Shown: one piece after another, positions 27,100-40,117 of the stretch | Numbering within the stretch: position 1 is the first letter of the stretch | Layout of the letters: each line of letters begins with the position of its first letter | NCBI GenBank assembly: GCA_951406725.2 | Contig: OX597814.1 | Coordinates: 89,900,001-89,964,000, forward strand | Direction of reading: 5' to 3' | DNA from: Octopus vulgaris | Taxonomy: Eukaryota | DNA length: 64,000 nt | The notes under the pieces: model-generated | The model's input: only the letters and a program-made list of their open reading frames with translations | What the model was told of the DNA's origin: nothing | The model's database searches: none | Made by a program: the position numbers and the translations under genes

Positions 27100-29480
27100 T
27101 ATATATATATATATAAATGCCACAGAACCTCCCAAAATCAGAAGCTGTTACCCTAGCCTAATAAGATTATCTGTGAAGTCAATCAAACAATATCAGTATA
27201 CGTAATCACCATACACATGGAACCTCAAAACTTATGGGAGTGAGGGATAGCTCAGAATAACGAGATCCCAAATGGAAATGATTCTCGGACAAACATATCA
27301 AGCACATATTCCCATTTTCAATTGCCTAACTGTTATCATTACGATTTCGACACCTGGGACATACCATTTAATCCGGTAGTGTTAAAGATATAGACGCTGT
27401 CTGGGAATCAACAAACATTTAGCAGGAGTGAAACAATAGCGTAATATGCACATTAGGCCAAAACCTGCTTATTATCATTATAAATAACAACATTATATAT
27501 AAAGAAAATAGTATTAAATTATAGCTATAAAAATAGAAATTAAAAGATATCTATAAAACAAATCATTCCTCCCACAATGGACAATGTGATCTATAAAGGC
27601 TATTGTACAAAATTGAGCGAGCAAACTAAACTAAAAAAATTGCAGCTAAAATTTAAATTTGAATATTAAAACAATAATATTTTATTATAGTTTACAAATA
27701 ACACTATACTTATTTAAGTAGAATTTGGCTAATTTACCACCTTAAATACAGAAAGAAGGGACTAATTAGACAAACTTACAAATTAGCTGAATAGTTTTGT
27801 GCAATAAATTTAAAATATGAGTACTGTAAAGAGTGATAAATTAGAAGAACTGGCATTCTTTGCTGCAATATTTTAAGGAAAAAATTCTTCTCCTTACTTT
27901 ACTAGAAGTAACAGCTTATCCTATTCTTTTAAAAGTATAATAACTTGTTCTGTACTTTTCCAGGTTTATAATCTTAAGAATATTACTTTTTCTTTTTCCA
28001 TGTAATAACAAATTATATGCCCAAGAAGAAGGCGCGGCCATCTGTGTAACAATCACTGGCGATATATTTAACTTATTTATTGTATGTTGGGATAGGAAAC
28101 TCAAAGATCAATTATCAACATAGTGGAAAAACCCCCACCACCAAGACAGTGCCTATAATAATCCAACAAATAGTTAACTACATCTACCAGAGTATCAAAG
28201 TAATACTAGCTTACCCTAGCAGCAACCTTACTATAGACTAACGGTCTTAGACACAGAAATCTGGCTGGAAACTAAGGATGATAAGGTCCAGATCCTTCAT
28301 TCCTACTATGCCAAACTCACAGCTTCTAAATACTTGGTCCACAAGAGCGAAGCTATTGCGGACAACATCAAGTTTAATATCCTAATAGCAGGCTTGGTAA
28401 GAGTGAATAGAAATGTGTCCCGCATGTGCGACACAACAGAATTAGAAAGACATACAACACTTCAATCACCACACTCAGTTCTCTGGCTACAGTCAAAGAA
28501 TTAGGATCAAATGAGCCAGGGCTAAATTACAGAGAATGATGTAAGACCATTATAGAGAATGATGTAAATGGAATCTTCCTGCTATACAGGAGTAAATCCT
28601 AGAATAGCATAGAAAGGACCATGAAGAAGATAGATAAGGCCAACACATGGTATGGTAACCGAAAATACCATAGTATAATGTCCACAGATGCTATCCCTGA
28701 CGTCGAAATAGCATACATTTTTAGGAAAACATTAGATAAGATGAATCTATAGATTAAAATAGCCGAAAAGCTAGAAATCTCCTTAAAATACTTGGTCTGT
28801 AGAACTTATCTATTTTGAAAACTCCACCGCCCATGTACGGCTAAGAATTGGAGAGTGTATAGGATGAACCCACTGTTTAACTGTAAGATTAGTAATGTAT
28901 TCTATAAGCATACGGTGTACTGAGGAACTGTGCAGAAACAGGACATCAATATACATTAATGAAACAGTACGTAGCATAGAGGAGCGGATCGGTGAAGACT
29001 TGTGGGAGGTCAAGGAGGAGAAAAGCTCGTTAGTTCTCTATCAGCATGCTTAATTAGAACATATAGGCTCGGTTAATAACATAGATGTTAAGATACTATC
29101 AACACATGGAACAAATACGAAAATTAGAGAGATTACAGAAGCCACACACATAGTAATAGACATAGTAATAGAAAATATGAATGGTGCAATAACGTCCCTC
29201 CACTACACTACGCAACATGACGAATAAAGAAATAAATTAGTAAATAAAGGTTTCAAAAACAAAAACACCTAAATACAAAACATGAACACTGTAGTAAGGA
29301 AACCCATATATACGCATACAAAACACATACTAAAGACATAGAAACGCACGCATACAAACACGCATGTGTAGATAAGGATACACACTACAGAAAGAGATAA
29401 TGGACTAAACAGAACAAGGGGAGACACATGGGATGGAAAGTCGCTGAAGAGGTCACAGGCAGTGTGACGAAATACGCCAA
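27100..29480 (+). pseudogene. Old decayed Penelope-like element (second family)
   Basis: Manual translation near 28912-29000 gives RCTEELCRNRTSIYINETVRSIEERIGED (CxxC..YIGET.R...R..EH of the GIY-YIG domain), then REITEATHI near 29127; hammerhead core at 29444-29472; left boundary uncertain. Confidence 0.6.
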
Positions 29481-29490
29481 ATAATTTAAC

Positions 29491-29561
<71 letters not shown>

Positions 29562-30578
29562 GTGAAGAACGAGTATATAGTACGCGTGGTTAATTTGCCA
29601 TAGATATGACGAGCTCAAAATATAACAAACCTAGAATCTGAAACCTTTCGATTAATTAACGGATATAGACCAATAGATATGTTGTTTCTCATTTAATAAC
29701 ATATCTCATGCATGAAACCTGACCAAAAACGTACCGAATATAAACCAGTGGAACAATATATATAAACCTTTAACCATGTCCCCAAAACCATGCGCGAAGG
29801 AAAAACACGAGCATTGCTCAATATCTATTGAATATATGCCTAATAATAAAAAAAAGTAGCCGAATAATTGCTTATTAAAAATATAGATAAAGTAATGATA
29901 AAATAAAATAATATAGATATGACAAAAAACTTCCGAATTATGAGAAATTAATAACATAAATGAAATGACTTAAGTGCAAACAAACTGTATAACTATTATT
30001 AATCGAAGGCACGAAATACCTGTCACTTGGGAAAAATTCAAACTAAACACATAACTATTGAATAAACAAGTATATAAAGAACTTAAACTAATATTTCTAC
30101 CTAAAATCTATAAACATTTAAAAATTATTAAAACAAATACATTGTAACGAAACTATTCATCCGTTTAAGATAACGAAATTTCACGTATTCTTCCGTTTAA
30201 GATAACGAAATTTCACGCGCTGCAAAGAAATTAACGTAAAGGCACACTTAAGTTCGAACACTAAAGCTTCCAGAATCTGAAAGACCGTTACCATTTAACA
30301 GGCGGAAGCCCATAATAACTATTCAACGGAAGTGATGTTAAACACAACAATAAATATAACAAACATACAAACTGCTAAACATCGATTTAACCTCCATCTT
30401 TAATTAAAACTAATTATTACTTCACACTTTGTTTAGCTGCAAGCTCGGGATCATTCTATACTTTCTCAAAATGTCATCATGTTTTCGCAAGCGACAGTTA
30501 AAACATTCAAGTAAAATTTTCTTAACGTAATCTTGTTTTTCCACCTTTCATTTAGACTTAATTCTATCTATCTATCTA

Positions 30579-32392
30579 ACGCAGGGGCAAATTATGCAGA
30601 AAATTTTCCACCCCTTGCTAATTGCATAATCAGCAACCATACACCTAATATACCCACAACCACCACCTCCACCACCACCACCACCAACATAAATGATAAA
30701 AATGAAAATAACGCAAATACAATTAACAAAGACAACAACAACAACAAGAACAACAACAAAAATGAAATAAATATTTTACCATCAAATGGTGAAGATATTA
30801 TCATAACAGATTCAACAATACCTGGAAAAGCCACGTCCAAGGATATTTCGGATACAACAACAACACAAACACACAACGACAACAACTGCCAGAATATAAA
30901 AGTAAATTTCGCTGACAAAAGAAATTATACAGTTCACGAATGAAGAGTTGATAGAGACAAGATCACTCTTCACAACCCAAGGGCAAGATTTAGTATTGCA
31001 TACACCTCAACACATAAAGGAACAAATAGAAAACCAAACAATTATATAAAAAATATAAAAAAATGAACAGATCACAAAAACGGACATTGAAAAATGTGCA
31101 AAAAGCATAATGAAAGTAAAAGAATATATAAACTGGGGTCCCCAGTTTAATACAGTGGTGGTCCGCTTCCCTAACCAGGAAGTGGCAAAAGCTCACTCTA
31201 CCGAGTCTTTGGAAAATGATGAAATCATCATGGTACCTTACTACAAAGGCCAGAGAGTGAGTAGAATTACTATTAAAAAATGTACCCCCCCCCCCGAGAT
31301 TCCTAACAAATGGATAACAGGGGCAATCTGTTACCATTTGAAAACTATAAATATTTTAGAGACTGCCGTATACCTAAACGACAATTGGGGTGGAAAAACA
31401 ATAGTAGTGGCCATCTAGATTGAGGGGGCCTCTATCGAGAACCTACCTGATAGGATCCACTTAGAAAATGGGCAAAGCTTATATGTTGTAGCAGAAGGCA
31501 AAAAGCCTAGATGCTGCAACTGTGGCAGCTCAGAACATTTAATTGCCAAGTGCGTTCTGGCACAGAGAAAACAAGAAATAACAAATCAGAAAACAAACAA
31601 AAAACCTCTGTTGCCAACACCAACACCAACACCACACTCGATGATGGAATAATGCCAAGAAAAACAACAAACCAGCAAACAAACCCCAACAACATCACCA
31701 AGAAAAGAAACAGCACCAACACTATCACCGTTGACGTTGCAACCAATTCAACATACTGAAACAAAACCAAAAGATAGACCAACACCAGCACCAAGGACCG
31801 ACAACAAAAAAAAACCCAGAAAACAGTGACGAGAAGACAAATTCTACCCCTAACACCCCAACAACACAAACACCGCACGAAACATCAACAATTTCTACAA
31901 ATATACATATTAACGCAAATGCTTTGCCTTTACCCCCTTCTGATTTGTCGGACGACGAAAGTTCGACAGAATGGCAAATAGCCACCGGGGGTAAAAGAAA
32001 AAGATAAAAAGAACAAACAAGAAAACGCAACCAAAGCAGGGAGATACCTGAACCCCGAAAGTTCCACACACAACCAAACAAGCACCAACACCACAAAAAC
32101 TCACACAATGCTATCAGCGATTGACACCAAAGACTCCAAACTAATGGAGTACATCACAGCCCACACAAACATCTGTGAAGATGACTTCAAAACTAACAAC
32201 CATCCACGCACTACACCACCCAAACACATCAAAATACTACACATCACACAAACACAACACCACACACTCAAAGCCCTCTTTCCAAATGCGGTTGGGGGGT
32301 TCCAAAAATACCTTTCACAAAAACTCTATAAAAACCTCCTCCAAGACACATCAAAGGACGAGGAAGCCAAAACTTTCGACACAAGTAAGTAA
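30579..32392 (+). pseudogene. Tx1 ORF1 (gag-like, zinc knuckle), disrupted
   Basis: ORF pieces 30533-30943, 31110-31418 and 32108-32392; reading through the stop at 31416 gives VVAEGKKPRCCNCGSSEHLIAKC (CX2CX4HX4C at 31512-31553). Confidence 0.85.
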
Positions 32393-32442
32393 CTCTCTGT
32401 ACCTTCCTTTTTGTGTTTTAAAGCACACACCCCAATAGAATC

Positions 32443-35400
32443 ATGGTGAAGATTGGTTGTGTGAATGCGCGTGGCTTGGGGTCTCCTTGGGGGATTGGAA
32501 TGCTACCATGGACACGCATCTAGACTATGTGGGGAGAGACAAAAACAGAAGGGGATGCAAATGCCTCAGAGACCTGCTAAGACGATTCCAACTGTCTGAC
32601 AGGTACCGACTCGACCACCCAAATGCACCAACGTGGACATGGATCAACCGCAGTGGGTCGTCGAGATCGTATCTAGATAGGATACTGTGTAGGACAGTAG
32701 ACAGAGATAACTTAGGATGTTCACAATTCCACAAGTCAGCTACACGGATCACAAATTCGTGACGTGTACGCTAGACTTAGATAAGGCACATAGACAGGGT
32801 TACTGGAAACTGAACGCATCTTTCCCATCCAGACAGGTTTTCAGAGACAGAATTAACACGTTAGTAAAAATGGCTTTAACGGGAGCCATTGTCAACAACA
32901 AATGGTGGTTCGCCTTCAAGAGAGCAGTAAAAGCGGAAGCAATTAGATATAGCAAGGCACTAGCCGTAGATAGAAATAGAGTGGAGGGTGAGTTAGTTAA
33001 GAAGTTAGAAGAGGCAATAAGAAGCGACATCACATCCGACGTTTTAGCGGCGAGGTTGGCCCTTGACCAACACTTCAACGCCAAATACAAAGGGTGTGCT
33101 GTCAGGGCTAGGATGCGTGCTCTAAGGATGGAAGGTGTTGGAGCCGCGAGGGAGGCCCGGGTGGCGAAGGCGCAGCAGGGCAGCAAAGCCACCATTCGGT
33201 CTCTGGTAGATGAACAAGGGCGCGAATTGCTCGAACCCAGCAAGATGTGCGAGAAATTTCAGCGGCACTTTGCCCGACTGTACGGGACAAGTGGCGAGCG
33301 TGAACGCAGGATGGACTTCAGTGCTTACCTGCACAGCCTACCACGACTCTCGGCAAGAGAGGCAGAGTGCTGCGAAGGTGCCATCACGGCGGCGGATGTG
33401 CGGGACGCGATGGCAGAATGCTCGGGGGACAAATCGCCGGGTTTGGATGGTCTGCCCTACGAGTTTTACAATTGTATGCCAGACTTGTTTGGAGACGTCT
33501 TGGCAGCAGTATACTGCAACTGGCAGCAAAACGGGAGCATACCCGGTTTTGTGAGTCGAGGAGCCGTAACGCTGCTGAAGAAAGATCCAAACAAGGGGAA
33601 CATTATAGATAACTTTAGACCAATCACTCTGCTCAATGCAGACCTGAAAATTTTGACAAATGTGTTAGCCAAGAGGTTGGCGCTTGTCATCGAGAAACTG
33701 GTCGACAACGCACAAACGTGCGCCGTCCCGGGCCGGAGCATCCACGGCAACCTCCATCTGATGCGCTACATCATAGACAGAGTAGTTAAGGAACCTGGCA
33801 TGAGTGGGGCCCTGATCAACTTGGATCAATCGAAAGCCTTCGATAGGGTAGACCATCGATACTTGGAGGCAGTCCTGAGAGCGGCTGGTTTCGGTCCCGT
33901 CTTCCGCGGCTGGATAGCTGCCTTGTACAGAGGCATCCGTTCGGTAATTCGCGTAAATGGACATCTATCGAGACCTTTCGACATTGCACGTTCGGTCCGT
34001 CAGGGATGCCCCCTCTCGGCGCTTCTATACGTATTGACTCTTGATCCACTACTGCGGAGGCTGGCGACTCTGAGGGGCATCCCGCGAGAATTGGGATACG
34101 GGACGAGCGTGTCTGCATACGCGGACGACGTCACCGTCATAGTGTCAAGCCACGAGCACATCGAGCTGATCGGCGAGACACTGAAAGACTACGAAGCGGT
34201 GACAGGGAAAAGTCAGTGGGCTTGCGGCTCGGCACCTGGAGACGCAAGCCCATGTCGTCCACCAGTACCTCCGACGTGGGACGCTGGACGGACGGCCCGG
34301 TTGAGTTGCTCGGGGTCTGGTTCGGTCTGGTTCCTCCAAATGGAGAAGAACTGGAACGAGATAACGAGTAGGGTGGTCACTCTCGCCCGGCAATGGGCCG
34401 AGAGGAAACTGTCCTAAAAGGTCGGGCGGAGGTGGCGAACACGTACATCGCGTCCATCATCTACTACTGCCTGATCGTCGTACCTTGTCCCGACCCTACC
34501 ATCACCAAACTAGAACGCATTCTCTTCCGCTTCTTGTGGAAAGGATGCGTCCCGATGGTCAGGCGATCCATTTGCTGTCAACACCCGTTAAAAGGAGGGC
34601 TGGGCATGCCGTGGTTGATGATGCGCAGACACGCGCTGAGACTGCGACATCTCCGGCTATATGTAGACGACGGTGAACAGGTGTGGTCGCCGTTTGTGAG
34701 GCACGCGTTCCCGCAGCTCGTCTCCATGACCGAACTGCAGTCGTGGATCAAAAAGAGGCCGAGGAAGGGCGAATGGCACCGCGAGTGTTGCGTTGCTCTC
34801 AAGCAACTCTGCCGTCCCGGGTCGACCTTGAGTGACTTCAACACAACCAAAGCATTCTATAGGGGATTAGTACGACGACAATCTTGGGGCAAACCTGGGC
34901 GTCGACGAGGAATACCTGACCCGCCTGTTTGAAACGACTTTCGGGCCGGGACCTATGGACAACTTCCAGAGATCCCTGGCCTGGCGGTGCTACCGAGAAG
35001 CGCTAACCGTTCGGGATAAACTCTATAGGCATGGCTCGAGAAACACGGGGCCGACCTGCCCGAGATGCGGGCAGAGCGACGAAACCGCTCTGCACGCAAT
35101 CGTGCAGTGTCCAGCAATTTCCGACCTGTGGGCTTATGTCGAACGACTGCTGTCACGTGTGGGACGTGTCGGTTTATCAGCCGAGTCTATCGTTAATATC
35201 GTCACGCCTCCTTCCTTCAAACGGGAAGGAAGAGCTATTTTTATCATACTTGTGGCTATGGCGAAAGAATGTATCTGGTGGACGCGCCTGAAAGGATTAG
35301 AGACAAACACTTTCCTCTCTGGTCAATCTCTCATCAACTTCTTCAAGTATCACTTGAAGAGGAAAGTGAGAGTAGAGAGGCAAGTTTTGTCTAGTGAATG

Positions 35401-35446
35401 TTTTAAAAAGATGGGTGAATGTAGCAAGGATGGCACGTATGAATGA
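32443..35446 (+). pseudogene. Tx1 ORF2 (AP endonuclease, reverse transcriptase, C-terminal zinc motif), frameshifted
   Basis: MVKIGCVNARGL, LGDWNA, SYLDRI, TDH (APE); KSPGLDG, NFRPITLLN, DQSKAFDRV, RQGCPLS, YADD at 34118-34129 (RT); GGLGMP; CPRCGQSDETALHAIVQC. Confidence 0.95.
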
Positions 35447-35847
35447 CGAAGCCACCTTGACTATGATTCTATGAACCGTAAAAATTAATACAGAGAGTTG
35501 CTTATTTGCAAAAAAAAAGAAATATAACATGTGACTTCATTGACCGAGGTTACCGTGGTCTTTTCCGTAGGCTTTTCTTTCCACGGGTAAACCTCACCTG
35601 TCCCCCCCTTTACACTTCATATTGACATTTCTGTGGTAACGATCCCTATTGATCAATTTTTTTTTCTGTCCCTTTCCCCCCTTTTTTATTTTAAAATTTT
35701 ATTCTCCCCTTTTTTTGTCCTCTTTCTTTCCCTTTACGATCCCTTTTGATCGAAAACCAAACCCCCTTTTTTTACCCCCAAAAGAAAAGCTCTACCTTGT
35801 AATTTGTCCTGTCTGTGTACAGCCCTGTGTAGCTAATATAGAAACAT

Positions 35848-35862
35848 ATCTATCTATCTACA

Positions 35863-35955
<93 letters not shown>

Positions 35956-36016
35956 GCCTCTCTGCCTGCCTGTCTGTCTGCCTGTCTGTCTGCATGTCTG
36001 TCTGTCTGTCTGTCTA

Positions 36017-36085
<69 letters not shown>

Positions 36086-36220
36086 ATGCCTGTCTGTCTG
36101 TCTGTCTGTCTGCCTACCTGTCTGTCTGCCTACCTGTCTGTCTGCCTGTCTGTCTGTCTGTCCGTCCGGCTGTCTGTCTGTCTGTCTGTTTAACTATCTG
36201 TCCGTCTATCTACCTATCAG
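35848..36220 (+). repeat. (ATCT)n/(GTCT)n microsatellite downstream of the LINE
   Basis: Directly visible. Confidence 0.95.
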
Positions 36221-36383
36221 TCTTTAAATATAGATTTTATCCCAGTCTCTACTGGGTTGTTTGTCTTCCAAATCTATTTCCCGCACTTTGTGTACGCATG
36301 CCTTTACACTCACTATCTCTCTTTCTCTACCGCTGTCATATTATCTCTGTATCACGTAGAGTATTTTTCAGTACGTCAGTTCA

Positions 36384-36433
<50 letters not shown>

Positions 36434-37072
36434 TTCTGCGTGAATTCTCAATCAATTACTCTCTTTTAACCTGTCTCACACCCACTCTCAATATTTCGCT
36501 TTCCACTACCTTTCTCTTCGAACTCTTCCCTTTTGCATGGTTCCACACATTAATACATTAATTGACACACTTCGACACACTTCGACACACTCACTCACTC
36601 ACTCACTCACTCACTCACTCTCTCACTCACACACATACATACACATTGTGACACGTCTACATTGATCTTACTTGCACTCACTATTCATTTCGATAAACTT
36701 GGAAGATTAAACGATTCGTCTGTAATGAAATGTTGAAAGAAGATAAATTCGCTGGCCGGTATTCAGTGAATTAAGCTGGGTGTTAGCTTGTAAGCAGACA
36801 TCTAACAGCTATATCTTACAGCTTCCATTTCTTGACAATGTGACAATCGCATACAATCGGACCAACATATGAGAGATAAATTTGTTGAGATGAGCAAGGT
36901 ACTAAGAGAGACACATAGGCAGACGTGAAGTTAAATAGAGATACATACAGTAAGAGATAAATACATAGAGTTTGATAGACAGACAAATAAATCGATATAT
37001 ACACAGTGTTGGCGATATCGATAACAGGAACGAGTACAATCATTATCTTCATCTATTAGAGGGAAGAGAGAT

Positions 37073-37127
<55 letters not shown>

Positions 37128-37331
37128 ATATATATATATGTATATATATATATGTATATGTATGTATATATATATATGTGTGTGTGTGTGTAAGGAGAAA
37201 GAGGGAGAGAGAGAGAACGTGTGTATGTGCGCGCGTGTGTAATTTAAAACCACAACAATACTAGAATTTCGTTCCTGTGCTCTACTCTAGAAAACGCTGC
37301 ATCTAACAAATATAGATGATGTTACAAATTA

Positions 37332-37365
<34 letters not shown>

Positions 37366-37839
37366 GTGGTGGTGGTGGTGGTAGTAGTAGTTGTTGTTGT
37401 TGTTGCTATTGTAGTTGTAGTCGTAAGATGAATTACAAAGACGAATGACAAAGTTGAACTCGGTGGCATTTAAATTCAGAACATAAAAAGGCGGAAAAAA
37501 TTCTGCCTAGCATTTTGTCCGTTGCGCTAACGAGCCAGCACATCCGCCCATTTCGTTTATTGGACACAAGGGCCGCAAAAAATATTTAAGGTAATACGAG
37601 GATAAAGGACAGTTCACATTAATAAAAAAAAATCTCAGTAAAAACCATTATTTCATATCCATATTGTGCAATGAAATAATGGTAATAATATACTGTACGG
37701 AAAGATCTCAAACTCCACTCAAAAGATGTAGGATGGAGAGGTGGAGCAACTAAAGGCAATCCATCGGTAATGACAGAGGGTTCGTTTATCGCTAAGCATA
37801 TCAGACTTTCGCAATCACCTCATGAATGATGGAAAAGAA

Positions 37840-38140
37840 TAACAGTGCAGAATCAGTGAAAAGTGTGAAGAAATCAGCGACTTCATTGCCTTTGGATGCG
37901 CAGAAATAGCAGAAGCCAAATACATTCACATGCGTTTCAAGGCTACAGCATACCGTCTTTCAAAAGCTGCAGGAGTTACAAGATCAAGACGACTGAGAAG
38001 TGATACAACCATCAGACAAATGTAGACGCGGAGCAGAACAAGGTCAAAATCTTCTGGAACATCCACACCGACAATAGACATAAATGTCAATGAGCCTGAC
38101 ATTGTTAACAAGAACAGAAGAAAGGAGGCCTACTAACTTT
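37840..38140 (+). pseudogene. Decayed RLE-type (R4/Dong-like) LINE endonuclease region
   Basis: Manual translation gives FGCAEIAEAKYIH, NKVKIFWNI and NEPDIV, resembling SGC..LA..EY..RH / KILWD / RPDIV. Confidence 0.55.
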
Positions 38141-38154
38141 AGCTAAAATACATT

Positions 38155-38645
38155 AACACTCCAAAGACACAGATATTGTGTTTAGAGCCAGCTAGAGACG
38201 AAGATCTATTGGGGCTATAAAGCTACAGTAACAACCCCCTCCCCAATGTGGTTAGCCATGATAAGATGGCTTCTATACTTTACATTATCGAGCGATTACT
38301 GTTTCAATCTTATTCTGAGATTTAATTATGCTTACTGTTCGTTTTTCGACATCAGTGGCAGACGCCATTAGAAAAACTTATATCTGTTTGCAAAGGAGCC
38401 TTCACTTCCATCGCTACCTGGTGGTTGCCGCCCGTTGACGAGGGACAAACATCCCGAAACTAGTTCGAGCGTATCACTCAGGCTTGCGAGGAAGGGATGG
38501 CCTCCCTTTGCAAACACTCCAAAGATACAGATATTGTGTTTAGAGCCATCTAGAGACGAAGATCTCTTGGGGCTATAAAGCTACAGTAACAACCCCCTCC
38601 CCAATGTGGTTAGCCATGATAAGATGGCTTCTATACTTTACATTA
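38155..38645 (+). repeat. 133-bp direct repeats at 358-bp period enclosing a hammerhead (retrozyme-like)
   Basis: 38155-38287 and 38513-38645 differ at only about 3 positions. Confidence 0.9.
38429..38471 (+). ncRNA. Minimal type I hammerhead ribozyme motif
   Basis: CGCCCG-TTGACGA-GGGA caaaca TCCC-GAAA-CTAG-TT-CGAGCG; palindromic stem III (ACTAGT); C3 is replaced by T. Confidence 0.75.
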
Positions 38646-39415
38646 CCTGAGTTAAGTTCTTCATAAAAGAGTTGGATTTATGGCTCTGCCACTTAAATTG
38701 CCTCTTCCTCTGTCTATAAATAGATAAATTCTTAGTTGTCTCCACTGAACTTAATAGAATAAGCCCCCTCCCAAATGGTAAATCTAAATAACAAAGAAAA
38801 TTCAGTGATAAGAAATCTACCCATGAGTAAAGATAATTTACTACCATGTTTCTATTGATGAGATTCACCTCTCTGTCTATATACCTACCCTGTTTGTAAT
38901 GTTGGCAAATGGAATAAGTATAAAAATGAACATCGTCAATTTAATTTAAAAATTCCATATGTGGCTGAAGATTGCTCTACATTTTAAAACTGATGTAATA
39001 CTTACATTGTTTAATTAAATGAAGTAGCATGAAACGATTGTACTGCACTAACTTTGGATATCCTTGTTGCTTATTTTGATTATAATCACCCCATTTGATT
39101 TATATGGATAATACCATACCAAATTCTGGTGCCTTTAACTTAAGTACCATATTCATCTGAATTTTTGCTGAACTTATATATATTAACGTATATGTTATTA
39201 GATTGTTAGTTGAATCACTAATTAATTTATTGGTTACATATATATTTAGTAAGAAAAAGAAGGAAGGGGATTTCGATTATCCCCACGTTGTGAGTTGTAG
39301 TGCAAAAAAATAAAAAAAGAATATATTCTACTGGACATAAAAGAATTCTCAAACGTGAATACGGCTCACCATCGAAGAAAGGCACACACACGCATAATGT
39401 ATGTATATATATCTA

Positions 39416-39812
39416 CTAGCAGTATCGCCCGGCGTTGCTCGGGTTGTAAGGGAAATAACTATATAAGCATTTTTAGAGACTTATAGCCAAAAAATAGCAA
39501 AAAAATTGCATTAAAAATTGAAAAAAAAATTAAGGTAAATTTTTTTTTAAATCGTTGACACATCGTAGATATTTTTAGAGAGTTACTTCCCTTATATAAA
39601 AGCGAAAAAAATGCATTAAAATGGAAAAATATGATGGTAAATTTTTTTAAAATCGTAGACTCATCGTAGACGCGCGCTAATACCCAGAAGGGCTCGATAT
39701 GAATCACGACTATAAGATACCCGCTTTTGGTTAAACTGCACCGCAAAATGTGGGAGTAGTTAGGAATCTAAATCGTAGGAGACAGACACACAACTTCACT
39801 CTTATATAAAGA
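39416..39812 (-). mobile_element. Non-autonomous Helitron
   Basis: Minus strand A|TC...cccgagcaacgccggg hairpin...CTAG|T, no TSD; closely similar to unit 53480-53866. Confidence 0.88.
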
Positions 39813-40066
39813 TGTATAGCAATTCCACCGTCCGTGTGTCTTTGCAAATGTGTTGGAATGATAAGTGAGTTGTGTTTTGGCGCCTTTTTTACTAATAACA
39901 AACACACACGTGTTTGTATGTAGTTGTATGTGTCCGATGCATTCTACTCTTAAAAATGCTAGGTAAATTGTAATTGAAGAAATCCTATATTGTAGATTTC
40001 TATAAGTTACAAAGGGAGGCAGATAAAATCTGCCTTTTATAATAAGAGATGTATATATACAAATAA

Positions 40067-40117
<51 letters not shown>

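Larger units (their letters stand above)
30579..35847 (+). mobile_element. L1/Tx1-clade LINE, near full length, inactivated
   Basis: ORF1 with CCHC knuckle, ORF2 APE-RT-zinc motif, T/C-rich 3' UTR ending gaaacat, followed by (ATCT)n; preceded by (TCTA)4. Confidence 0.95.

Noticed and set aside
32800-35530. Antisense and alternate-frame ORFs over the Tx1 ORF2 (and over the PLE)
   Set aside because: Shadow ORFs of GC-rich coding sequence
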